A stretch of 64,000 nt of DNA from Diplonema japonicum (GCA_964019335.1 OZ025721.1:310001-374000), one strand, 5' to 3'. Positions 50,601 through 62,339 are shown, counted from the stretch's first letter. Numbers and translations: made by a program. The notes: a model not told the origin generated them from the letters alone.

Positions 50601-53600
50601 GGGTGCTGAGTTCAGCAATGTGGCCATTGGCACGTACAAGCCTCAGCACCCCATGTGCCTGGACAACACCTACGGTGTCCTGCGCGGCAGTTCCATCACT
50701 GTCGGGGACAGCATCGGTGTGCTCTCCAACGATGTGGGCAGCCTTACCAGCGGCCCTGTGGCCGCTTGCCTCACCAACACCTGCTCCATGATCACGCAGA
50801 ACGGTGCTCTTGAACTCAACAAGGCCGGTGGCTTCACGTACACCCCCAAGCCTCAGTTCACTGGCACTGACCAGTACGAGTACACCGTCTACAACGGGGG
50901 CTCCTTTACCTGCAGGGCCACTGTGAAGTTCGTGGTGCTAATGATGGCCATGGGCCCCCTGTCTGGTACGGGTTCCACCCTGAAGACCATCACCTGGCCC
51001 ATCGACACCTACCTCAAGGACCCTCTCTTCACGTTCGCGCCCTTCGACATCAACACCCCCGAAGGGGACGTCGTGTCTGCCGTCATCACCAGCACCAACG
51101 CCGATATGTTCGTCATCCGTGACAACAAGATGTATCTGCGCTCTCTCATCCACTTCAGGCCGTCGCCCGCTGCCCAGGACTACACGGTGACTGTGAGGCT
51201 GACTGACCTGTTCGGGAAGTCTGCTCTTACGACCGTTGTTGTGAGGATCAGCCCGCGTGAAGGTTCAAGCGTGAAGGTGTGCAACGCACACGGTGTGTGC
51301 GATGCCGACCTCATGACGTGCAGCACCTGCACCTCGGGTTGGGCTGGCGACGAGTGCACCTGGTGTGATGCGGGCTACTTTGGCCCCGAGTGCCGCCAGT
51401 GCCCCAACTGTGTCAACGGCGTGTGCGATGACGGCCTTACGGGCTCTGGATTGTGCATCTGCCCCCCAGGCTACTTCGGCGAGCTCTGTGAATACCCGTG
51501 CCCCAGCACCGGTGGTGCTGTCTGCAACAACCACGGTACCTGCGACGATGGCAGGACCGGTAGCGGTGTGTGCACTTGCCAGACGGGCTGGGTGGGCGAG
51601 GGCTGCGAGGGCGAATGCCCCGGCATGGTCGACGGGCAACCCTGCAGCGGCCACGGTGAGTGCGTTGCTGGGCTGGAGGTTGTGAACGGCCAACTCCCCA
51701 CTCACTGCAAGTGCCACGACGGGTGGTCTGGCGACATTTGCGACAAGCCTACGTGCTCGACGGGCGATGGGTGCGGCTCGACGAACATGTGCCACAGGTA
51801 CTCCTTCAACGGTAACCTGCTTCCCAAGGACTCTCGCTCGCCCGTGCTCGCTACCACTACTCCTGTGAGCTACGTGAGGAGTGACCTGAAGTTCTCGTCC
51901 GAAGCCACCTCCGCTGGGCGTGCTGTGCACCTGGAAGATGTGCAAGAGCTCACTGCACCGGGTAGCCCCTTCTTCACACAGAGTGTGACGTCTGCCTCTT
52001 GGATCAGGGTGCCCGACACTTCCTCGCTGGCGGCTGAAGTGCCTGTTGTCTGCCTCCTGAACACTGCCGCGAAGGGCTTCGATGTAAGCCTTGTGCAGCT
52101 GAGTGCTGCTGTGGCTGATGTATGTAATCTTTGTGCTTCTTTATTTACCAAACACCACAGACCGCGTCGTCTACGTCTGCTTGCGTAGCAGCCAGCACCT
52201 GCGCTGTCACCACGTTCAGGCAGACGTCTGCTGGGCCCACTCTGACTTTCCAGACCGTGAGCACCGCTAACGGCGAGACATTGTTCACGTACAGCCTTGC
52301 GTCGTGCAGCGCGACGGACCCTGACTGCTTCAACATGGACCGCATCACTATTGAGATCCCTGCAACCACGACAAGCGGCAGCACGTGCGCCCTTACCGCA
52401 ACGGTGGGCGCTGGCGGCCTTGCTGGCTGGAACGTCGCCGAAAACTGCGACACGGTACTTTCAGGTGCGCAGCTCTCCCTGTCATTCGTGCCAGGTGCTG
52501 CTGCCACTACCGTCCAGCTTGCGCTCACAAACGCTGCATTCACTTGGGAAGCGGTATGCTTACAATACTAAACACACCACCACCACAGTGCGCGAACCGA
52601 AGGTACTCTGTTCAGGGCACCAACGTCTACAAGGTGGGTATCACCACTGGTCCTTGCGCTGGTGGAGCTAGGGACGCTGTGTACGTGCCCAAGATGACGG
52701 TCGGAACAGAATCCATCACCGGCACCAACCCTCTGTCTGCAGGTGCCTGGCACATGGTGACCGGTATGTACAACGACAGTGGTGTGATCATGGTGTGCGT
52801 GGACGCCACTTGCGAGAAGAAGGCAGCGTCGCCTGCCCAGCTTGTGGCACCATTGACCGGCCCAGTGACAACACCATTGGACTCGACCTTCAGCTTGGGA
52901 GGCGCGTGCGGTGCGACCGTCGCCTCTTTCATGGGCGAGATCGATGACCAGACTGTCTGCAGCGAGCCGTACACAGAGGAGCAGGTGAAGCAGCTGTACG
53001 AGGAGGCAACCATCAGGGCGCAGATCGTGGACTACAACCCGAAGCAGATGTCATGGAGAGGCAACCAGGTGCTCAGGATCACTGGTAAGTTCCCCTTGGA
53101 CGCCGCGGTGACTGTGTACGTGGGCAGTGTCATCTGTCCTGTCACTGAGACTGTGAGTGCCACGACCATTGTGTGCACATCACCGTTCGAGTGGCACCAG
53201 GCACCTGCGTCCGGCAGCAGAGAGGAAACTCTGTCTGTCGTTGTGGGCGGGAAGATCGCTGACTGTAACTCTGGCACATGCAACCTCAACATCCAGAGGC
53301 AGGCTACCGACGGTGAGGAGTGGAGTGTGTACCACTTCAGCAGCACCACACTGAGCAGGGCCACTAACTACTACAACGACTTCGAGTACGGCATCGGTGG
53401 CGCTACGGCGGGCGACCCCAAGGGCCTGGTATGCATCAACACCAATAAGGAAAACAACAAAATAACAAACAAAAAAAAAAACAGCAAATCCCGCTCACGA
53501 GCCCCGACCACTTCGCCCAGTCGTTCGGTCCCTCGGACAACTTGCTGTCCGTGAACATGTCTGCGCTGACCGACCGCAAGGGTGCTGCCGCCGTCCACTA

Positions 53601-56600
53601 CGGCTACGCCCACGTGACCATCTCCGCATGGATCAAGGTCGACGACTTCACAGGCTGTGTTGATGTATGTGCTTTTTAAGGTGACAACTGTAACACATTC
53701 CACCACAGGTTGAGGGTGCCTACGGGTTGAACGGGCGCCATTGCTCTGTTGCAGGGAAGTTCACGTTCCCCAAGGCTGTGGTTGCCAACGCTCAGGACAA
53801 GTACGCCTTCGGGTACTGGTTGGAGATCACGGATGCTGTGTCGCCCTCAGGGGACGCAGACAGGACGCAGACAGGCGACGGGCGTTTCTATACCGCGTTC
53901 CACATTGCCAACGGGCCAAACATTGCGTGGACCGCAGTGGTGATGAACACCAGGCCGCTCAACCAGGGGCAGTGGCACTACATCTCGGGTTCCTTCTTGT
54001 CGGGACGCCGCGGAGACGTGCCCGTCATCACAGCGTGCACGGACAACATCTGCAAGTCGCAGGGGCTCAGGTTCCACTCGAACGACATCCTCGGCTACAG
54101 CCTGGACAACAGGATGTACCTCGGAGAGGTGGGCCAGACCGACCAGCTGAACGCGATCTCCACCATCACCGGACAGGTCGACGAGCTGCTCATCAAGCCA
54201 TTCTACGAGACGGAGGCTGCCATCGTGAACCGCTTCGAGACAAAGTATACCTCGAGCCCCCTGTCCACAGTGACCGCTGTTGCCGATCAGTACTACAACC
54301 CCACGCTGGCCGTCGACCTGAAGGCTTCGATCAGCCCGCAAGAGGCGCCCAATGAGAAGTACACATGGACGTTCATCTCGCCTGTCGGGTTTTCGGTGAC
54401 ATCTCAGATGGTCACTACGTCGCTTGACTCAAGGAGCTTGTCGTTCAAGCCCAACTCGTTGACACCTGGCAACACGTACAGGTTCAGGGTCTGCGCAGAG
54501 CTTGCTAGCGCCTGCAGCGCGCTGACGAGCTTCACCGTAGTGCGCCCGCCAACGGTGGACCAGATCACAGTGACGTGCACAACGAACTGCAGCGACGGTG
54601 TGGTGTACGAGGCCATGTCCTCGGAGTTCACGATCAGCATCGCAGCCAGTGTGACCGACTTGGTGGGCACAGGCGAGCTGGAGTACAACTTGTACACGGA
54701 AGACCCCGTCACGCAGGATGTGGTGCCCATCACCGCAGGTTTCGTGAGCAGTGTGTCCACAGTGACTGATGTGCAGCTGCCTGCAGGTCTCGCGCCTTCT
54801 TACGAACTGACTCTCAAGGCTGAGGTTCGTGATGCTCTGACCAAGTACACCGGCCACGGTAGCGTGCCGCTTCGAGTGAAGCCCGCTGGCGACGGTGTTA
54901 GCAATGTCAACTCTGCCATCCAGCAGAACCAGAACCCGGCCACAGTCGCGAGCCGTATCGCAAACGTCGCCTTCTCTTCCAACAGCGCCTCTGCAGGCCG
55001 TCACGCGTCTGTCCTGCAGGCGGCTTCCTCGAGCCTCCTTGCTGACTACATCAGAGTGGTATGTTAATTCCCCGGGAAAAAAAAAAAAAAAAACAGATCG
55101 ACGAGCTTCTCGTTGCCGCAAGCAACGCGCCAGGGACCGTGCAGCCAGGTGTGATCACGACCATTAGGAACCTTCTGACGCCGCTCCCGACGGACATCAC
55201 GGTTGTGAGCAACTGCATCACGCTTGTGAACAAGGTGGTGACGACACAGCTCGAGAAGTCGCAGATCGGCTGGAAGCTGGAGAAGAGCACCGTCGAGGTG
55301 CTGACGAAGCTGCAGCAGGCCGTCTCGGGCATCGACGACAAGAGAACCGACCTCTTCACAGCACTGGACGAGCTCACCGTGCAATACCTGAAGTTCATCG
55401 CCGTGAACAGGAACGCCTTCGAGCCCACCTACACCGTGGCACAAGTGTTCAACGCCACATACGGCGGCGCAGCGGATAAGACAGGAATCACAAACCCGCG
55501 AGGAAGCCAGAACTTCAAGATAAACTTCCACGGCGGCAACGCAGACCTGACTGTCAACAGCCAGACGTTCAAGGAAACGACTACAGAGGTGATGGTCCTT
55601 GTAGCCACTGTCCCTGCAGACTCCAACGTAGAGCCACCAACACCGTCTGCCACACACGACGGCGACGCATTGCTTCTAAGGATCTACGAGGGAGGCAACA
55701 CAGCAGCGACAGATCTAACAGATGTTGCTGTTGGTACATACGCGCTCGTCGTTCCGTGCTCCACGTGCACGACAGCGAACTCAGCGAAGTTCACATGCGG
55801 GTACCTGAAGGTCGGGGCGACAAAGTGGGCAGCGATGAACCCCTTGAGGGTGGACAATGGGGCTGCCTTGTGCCAGGGTTCGCAGGGCGGGGACTATGCA
55901 GTGTTCTTTGACAATGAGAAGCTGCCCCCTGACACGACATCGGTACCGGTAACCGCCGCACCGCCTCCATCGCCGGTCACGAAGAGACACATTTTCATGC
56001 ACGTGCAGCAGACTCTTGCTGCGTTCTCAAAGTCTGGTTTCATGCAAGGCATTGCGGCAACGCTGAACATTGTAAGAGCGAATGTGTTGGTGGAATTTGT
56101 GTGTCCGGTAATCGACGGTGTTACAAACCTAGGTGCGTGTGTGGCGGGGAGCTCATTGTCGACAGCAAGGCTTGCTGAAGTCCTTGCTACGGAATGGGTT
56201 GTTGTAGATTTCACGTTGGAGAATGTGGATTCTGCTGAGCAAGATGCGCTAATCAGCAAGCTGCAGGCTGCGAGTGACGGATGCACAGGCGCGCTTCAGG
56301 CAAGCGGTCTCTGCCCTCCTGCTGGGTACGGGATGACCACGAACACAGGGGGTATTCATTCAAACACACCGAGCAGCTCGGACGACAGCAGCAACACCGC
56401 ATTGATCGTTGTTGCTGTTGTCCTGGGAGCTGTGCTTCTCGTGGTGGTGCTGGGTGTGATCTATGCCCTGAGCGCACGGAAATGGTGCTTCGCTAACTCT
56501 TTCCACGCTGGTTCGTCGCCTCCTACCGACCCGTACTCTGATGACGGTCACACACGTGCTGCTGAAGCGGTTGAAATGGAGGAAAAGCCGCAGGAGGGTG

Positions 56601-56659
56601 ACGCACCGGCTACTACTCCAGAGGCGGCAGCCCCTGAAGATGCGACGCCGCAGGTATGA
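17674..56659 (+). CDS. Giant cysteine-rich type I membrane protein, ~12,923 aa; exons 17674-52119, 52161-52553, 52589-53428, 53485-53664, 53709-55058, 55097-56659
   Basis: Signal peptide MKAIMMLMAYCGLGMA. Gly-rich domain (18331-18930). Myxococcus-type Cys repeat CGN..GETCDDGN..DGC (18946-19050). vWA with DKSGS MIDAS (20632-21170). Laminin-EGF-like array (~22585-49605). C-type lectin CPSGW..MWIGL..W..GNP..VICE (49627-49992). Ig/cadherin-like GVLSND..GGFTYTP..FTGTD (50650-51250). More EGFs, LamG-like (TISAWIK, WHMVTGMY, GEIDD), IPT, REJ-like and degenerate GPS modules, TM 56402-56470 and a short acidic tail. Five GTATGY..CAG introns join successive track ORFs exactly in frame. Confidence 0.88.
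22585..49605 (+). repeat. Array of on the order of 130 diverged ~60-70-aa laminin-EGF-like repeats (C..C.G.G...C.C.C...W.G..C..CP..Y...C..C...Y.YP.C)
   Basis: Recurrent C-x-C-x-C-x3-W-x-G-x2-C-x2-C-P motif throughout. The count is an estimate from span divided by unit length. Confidence 0.85.
52120..52160 (+). other. Intron 1 of giant gene (41 nt, phase 0, GTATGT..AAACACCACAG)
   Basis: Joins ..AVAD|TASST.. Confidence 0.8.
52554..52588 (+). other. Intron 2 of giant gene (35 nt, phase 0, GTATGC..CACCACCACCACAG)
   Basis: Joins ..TWEA|CANRR.. Confidence 0.8.
53429..53484 (+). other. Intron 3 of giant gene (56 nt, phase 0, GTATGC..A11CAG)
   Basis: Joins ..PKGL|QIPLT.., opening an exon with the LamG motif TISAWIK that is absent from the ORF track. 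Confidence 0.82.
53665..53708 (+). other. Intron 4 of giant gene (44 nt, phase 0, GTATGT..CCACCACAG)
   Basis: Joins ..GCVD|VEGAYGLNGR.. Confidence 0.8.
55059..55096 (+). other. Intron 5 of giant gene (38 nt, phase 0, GTATGT..A17CAG)
   Basis: Joins ..YIRV|IDELL.. Confidence 0.82.
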
Positions 56660-57042
56660 TTGAGGGGTTAAAAAAAGGTTTTTTTTTGGGAAAAAAAAAA
56701 AAAAAAAAAAAAAAGGTTGGCGGTTCGGCATGATTTTTATAATCCCCCGTTGGTCTCTCTCATTTTTTTTTTTTTTTGAAAAATGCTGCGATTTTTTTTT
56801 TTAAACTTTCCCCCCCTCCCCTGTTTTTTTTTCCCCCCCCTTTCCGGCGTTCGCCCTTTTTTTTTTTTTTTTTCTCCTTCCCGGTACTTTCTCTCGTCCC
56901 TCCCCCCGCTTTTTTTTGTTGAGAAACAGGGAGAGGGTGAACTTTTTTAAGAAAAATGAAATGAAAAAGGAAAAAAAAAACTATTTGTTGTAACAAGTTA
57001 CTCTCTTCTGCCATTCTTTTCTTTTTTTTGGGAGGTGTCGTT

Positions 57043-57083
<41 letters not shown>

Positions 57084-57306
57084 GGGGGACTTAAACTTGA
57101 GAGGGGAAAGAAGAAAAAAAAAAAGAAAAAAAAACGAAAAGAGAAAAAGAAAAAAAAAAGAAGAAGAAGTGGGTAAAAGAAGAAGGAGAACACTCCATTT
57201 TTATGTACGTAAAAAAACAAAACCAAAAAAAAAAAAAAAACCGGAAAAAGTTTCTTTTTTTTTCTTGTACCCCCAAGTGGCTTTCGTTAGCCACTTTTCT
57301 CACATG

Positions 57307-57345
<39 letters not shown>

Positions 57346-59235
57346 CTCTCTCTCCCTTTTTTTTTCTTCCTTTTGTTTATTCTCCCCCCATTTTTTGGGC
57401 TTCGCTGTGCTTGGGGGAGATTTTACTGCCTTAAGAAAACAGCTAGTGCCGTGTCATGAGCCCCCCTTTTTTTTTTTTTTTTAGTTTCAAGTAAATGCGA
57501 CGCTTTCTTTTCTTTTCATTCGTTTTTCTTGTTGGATAAGAAGGGCAACAAAAAGAAAGAAAGAAAGAAAAGGGGGGGGGGGGGGGAGAGAGAAAAGATA
57601 AGGGAAAAAAAAGAAGAACAGAGGGGGCATTTTCCCCTCTTCTTTTTTTTTTTTTGTAAAATTCTTTTCGTATTTTTTTTTTTTTCTGGAAAAAAAAGGG
57701 AAAAATAAAAGTGGCTCGCAAAATATACATTACGCCGACTCATTTTTTTTTTTTTTTTTATCCTGCATCATTTTTTTCCCCCCCCCCTTTTTTTTTTCCA
57801 CCCAGCTCGGAAAACAAGCAATTAACTCCCCAAACAAATTTAAAGTGATGGATGAAAAAAAAAAACTTTTTCGGCGCGCACTTTGACGATACTTTCTTAT
57901 CTATGCACAAAACAAAAGAAGGAAAAAAAAAAAAAAAAAAAGTAGGTTTAAAAAAAAATGAAAAATGGAGCGCCCATTCCATATAATTAGTTGAAAAAAA
58001 ATGAAAAAAAAAAAAGAGAGAAAAGAAAATGCAAAGAAAAGTGCCGTCGGTGCGAAAGAAAAGTTTTGTTAGCTCGGGTATTTTAAAACCGAAGAAACCA
58101 ATTTAAAAGATGGAACACAAGAGAAAGGGGGGGGGTAAAAAAAAAGAAAGAGAATCTTAAGTTTTTTTTTTGGGGGACCCCCCCATAACCAGTATTCTAA
58201 AATATTCTTTTATTCTCTCTTTTTTTCTTTTTTTTTTTTTTTTAAAAAAAGAGAAAAAGAAGAGGGAGGAAGGAGTTCTCTTTTTGCTAATTTTCTTTTC
58301 TCTGTTTCCCTTATATTTTTTTTCCTTCTTTTTTTTTTTCTTTTCCCCTACTATAACACAAGGCCCTCTTTACATTTTTCTCCTTATTTTTTTTTTTTCC
58401 CTGGTGTTTCTTTTTTTCTTTTTTTCTTCTTTTTTTCAGGTACTGCCCCCTTTCTTTGGGAGGATCTATCAGTGCACTTAGAGCAAAAGAAAAAAAAACT
58501 TTTTTTAAAAAAATGATGGAAAATTAATTTTTTAAACAAAAAATCAGGCGTTTGTAAGAAAGAAAAAAAAAAAAAAAGGGAAAAAGAAAAAAGTGAAAGA
58601 GGAATTTAAAGAACCAAAAAAAGAAAAAAAAAGAAGAAGGGAAAAGGTTTAAAAAAATAGAAAGAATTAGAAAGAGACCCCCCTCCCTTATTTCCTCGCT
58701 TTTTTTCCGCCCCTCCCATTTATTCTGTTTTCCTCTCTTAGCCCCTCCTTCTCCCCAGTTTTCTCCTTCCTTTATTTTCAAAAAGATTATGGCCCCTTTT
58801 AAGAATATGGTGGACCACACACATTTTTTTCACATTACTTTTCCGGTCCCTTTTCATTTCCTCCACTCCACTGCCCCCCCCCCCTTTTTTTTGCGATTTT
58901 CTTTTTAAAAAAAATGGGGATTCCTGTCCGGCTATGTAAAAAAGATTTTACGGCGCCTATTATTTTCTTTTTCTTTTTTTTCTTTTGCTTCTTTGCCTCC
59001 ACGCTATTTTTTTTTCAAAAAAATAAAAAAAAAGAAAAAAAAAAAAACTAAGAAAAAAAAACCCCAAAAAAAGATAATTTTTTTTCAAAGAAAAGAAACG
59101 CAGTTCACTTCTATGAGAGACCATCACCCCTTCCCCTTCCCCCACATTTTTCCTTTTCTCCTTCTTTGTTTGTCAATCTTTTTTTTTTTTTTTTTCCTTA
59201 TTTATTTATTTACTTCCAATAAATTCTTCCTTTTC

Positions 59236-59282
<47 letters not shown>

Positions 59283-59398
59283 ATTTGCGAGAAAAAAAGA
59301 TTTTCTTTCCCCCTCCTCCTCCCTCTTCCCCCTCCCCCCAAAAAAAAATCCTTTCTTTTTTTTTTCTAGTTTTTTTTTTTTTTTTTTTTTTTGGAATT

Positions 59399-59431
<33 letters not shown>

Positions 59432-59465
59432 AGCATCCCATTTCCACACACAGAAGAAATAAAAA

Positions 59466-60460
59466 ATGTCTGCCCCTTTCGGAGGTAACGGGAAGGACAT
59501 CAAACTCAAGCCGGGAGAAGGGGTCGTACAAACTGACAGCGTCCTTCCTTACTCCTTCTGTCCGGACTCCATCTCAGCCGATCTGGCGGGTCTAGATGAT
59601 GCAATCGAAGACATGAAGCTCACCACGAGAGAGGGCAAACAAGTAAACAAAGATTTCTTAGCAAACAAAAGCATAATCCTCACCCACCCCGTCAAGCCAG
59701 AGGTCGTCCTGGGTGAGGGCTCGTGGTACGACGAATTGATCGACACAGAAACCTACACCATGACGTTCAAATTAAGATGCCACAACCCATTTATCTCGAT
59801 GGAGGACGAAGAAGTGTGCGGTTTTTCATTTCTGAAACACATAGCCGACATCGAAAACACCTTTAGTTTTCTCGACGTTGCGGAAGAAGAGGACAAAACA
59901 ACAGAAAGTTACGTTCAAATGTCCAGGTATCTTCTCGCCGGTGGAAAAGTCCGCGTTGCTGCAGAAACAGAACCCACCGACGAACCAGTCAGAATGCCAC
60001 GGTTGTTAAAAGAAAACACCGATGAATTTCGTAAGGCAAACGACGAAACCGCGCGTGTTCTTCCCTTTGAAGACGAGAACCAAAAGACCGGTAAAGTAGT
60101 AATGAGGTACTTAATGCTTCCAGAAACCGATGACTGGTACGAGGTTGAACACAGGAACTTTATGAAATCCCGTGTTCGAATTGAGATGAAGGACACGGCT
60201 AAATACTGTGTGTATCTTTTCTACCTGTCCCTCCTTGAGTTTTGCTTTGGGTGGATCATCCTCGGGGTGGGCACGCTGCAGCTCGATGGTGGTTCGGAGG
60301 CTGTCGTGATTGCTTCATTCACGTCCGGCCTTGTTATGGCAATGTCGTCCGTGCTGGGCTTCCTCGGGTCGCTGTCCGCGCACGAGAACTTCATCCAGAG
60401 ATACATGGTCTCCACATTGTTGACTATGTCATTCTTGACCACGGTTTGTGAATTTGAGGG

Positions 60461-60497
<37 letters not shown>

Positions 60498-60917
60498 AGT
60501 ATTTATACGTTGAAATCAGTTTTTTAAACCAATCGGAGCTTGAGTTTGGCACCACCGATCTCGCCTCTGATGGTGGTGGGAAATCGGCCTCTTCGGTGTG
60601 TTTTTTTTTTTTTTTTTATTATTATTAATAAACCATAGGGTGCGTCAAGCAAGCGTAGCGAGATTGTGCTTTCTTTGATTTTCGCGGCGATTGCGTTGGG
60701 GATTACTTTTCTATCCACTTACACTTGTACCCAGGCTTTGGACTCTATCAATGATTTGGGTACCCTACAAGATGATGCTTTAATCTTTAGGTATTTCCAG
60801 GTGCGGTTCACGGAGCTGAAGAAACAAGTAGAGCACCTGGCGATGTCCAGCACCGGTGAGTACCGCTCCATGACACGGACTGATGTTTCACCTGCTGTGA
60901 AAGCTGGGGATTTTTGA
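59466..60917 (+). CDS. Four-TM (tetraspanin-like topology) membrane protein with ~245-aa acidic N-terminal region, ~450 aa; exons 59466-60443, 60500-60595, 60639-60917
   Basis: Track ORFs 59466..60527 and 60666..60917 are joined by introns 60444-60499 (GTTTGT..A-run-CAG) and 60596-60638 (GTGTGT..AAACCATAG), both phase 0. Four hydrophobic segments. GFLGSLSAHEN resembles the tetraspanin TM2-loop. No CCG motif. Confidence 0.7.
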
Positions 60918-61023
60918 AGAAGAAGAAGAAAAATTGACACTGAAATTTTTGTATCGAGAAATTTTTTTTTTCTCCCCCCATTTTGCCCCCATCTTCTGGT
61001 GTGGGGTTTGGACGGGAATGGGG

Positions 61024-61075
<52 letters not shown>

Positions 61076-62092
61076 GTTCTCTCCCTCTTTTTTTTTTTTT
61101 TTTTTTTTTTTTATTATTCTGCACGAAAAGAAGAAAAAAAAAAATCGGTGCCCTCTTTGAAACATTAAAAAAAAATGTTCCTTTTATTTTCTTTCTCCTC
61201 TCTGGCGTGTGTGATTACAAAGAAAAAAAAAAAAAAAAGAACAAAACAAAAGAAAGGGAAAAGGGGGAGTGAGGAAAAGAAGGAGGGGGGGAAAACTATT
61301 TTCTCTCTATTTCCCCCCCCTCCTTCTCGCTGCTCCTTGGGCTCGTTCGATTGTTTCCTCCTGTATCTCTCCTTCTTCCCTTGGTACCTACCTACCTTAC
61401 TTGTTTTTCTTATGCCTTGTTTTTATTTTATTTTTTATTCTCTTTTCTCTTTTCTTCTCCACCTTGTTACACCCTCCTCCCTCCTTTCTGGCGGGTATTG
61501 AGCAACAGAGAAGGGGGAAAAAAAAAAAAAGGAACAAAGATGGGAAGCTGTTTTATTTTTAATTTTTTTTTTCTTGATGTCTAAAAAAAGGTTTTTAGAA
61601 CAAAATAACTTTTCCTCGTTGGCTTTCCCAAGAGGAAAACACCCGAAGAAGCGAAAGATCTGCAGCCGCACACTCAATCCAGAAGAAGAAAATGGTTATA
61701 TCTTGTGGTAGTTTTTTTTTTTTTAAACTACTACTGCAATTTTTTTTTAAAAAAAAAAAAGACGTTGACCCCCCCCCTTTTTTTGTTAGGGTGGTCCTCG
61801 AGTGGGATTTGCCCTTAAACATCGCCTTTTGTTTTTCTTCTTTTTCTTTTGTTCATATTTGGAGGCCGATTGGAGGGGTAAAACAGGGCAAGAATCATCA
61901 TGAAAAAAAAAGCACCCTCTCTGGGGCGGGAGACCACTTCTCACCGTTGAACCTCAAAAAGACATTGGGAGCGTCATTTGCTCGCGTAAGTGCGAACAAC
62001 TGGCTGAGTGTTTTTTTTTAGGTTCTGGCGTCTGTCAGAGGGATCGCCTTACCAGGTTTCCGAGTCGGAGGGCCATACCCTTTTTGTTGTAG

Positions 62093-62126
<34 letters not shown>

Positions 62127-62263
62127 GGTCACCCAGAAAAAGAACTTTTTTTTTTCCTTTTTTTTTCCTCCCGTTTTACAGTGCACGAAAGAAAAAGGAA
62201 GAAAAAAAAGAAAAAAAAAAAAGAATCCACAAAAAAAAAAAAAAAGAAAAAGATTAACACTGT

Positions 62264-62267
<4 letters not shown>

Positions 62268-62339
<72 letters not shown>
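62268..62339 (+). repeat. (AG)n microsatellite, ~36 units
   Basis: Seen directly. Confidence 0.95.

Noticed and set aside
17581-56731. Many long antisense and alternative-frame ORFs over the giant gene (e.g. 27043..28809, 43900..45858)
   Set aside because: Shadow ORFs produced by the strong TGC/NNC codon bias; Ala/Val-rich, with no motifs.
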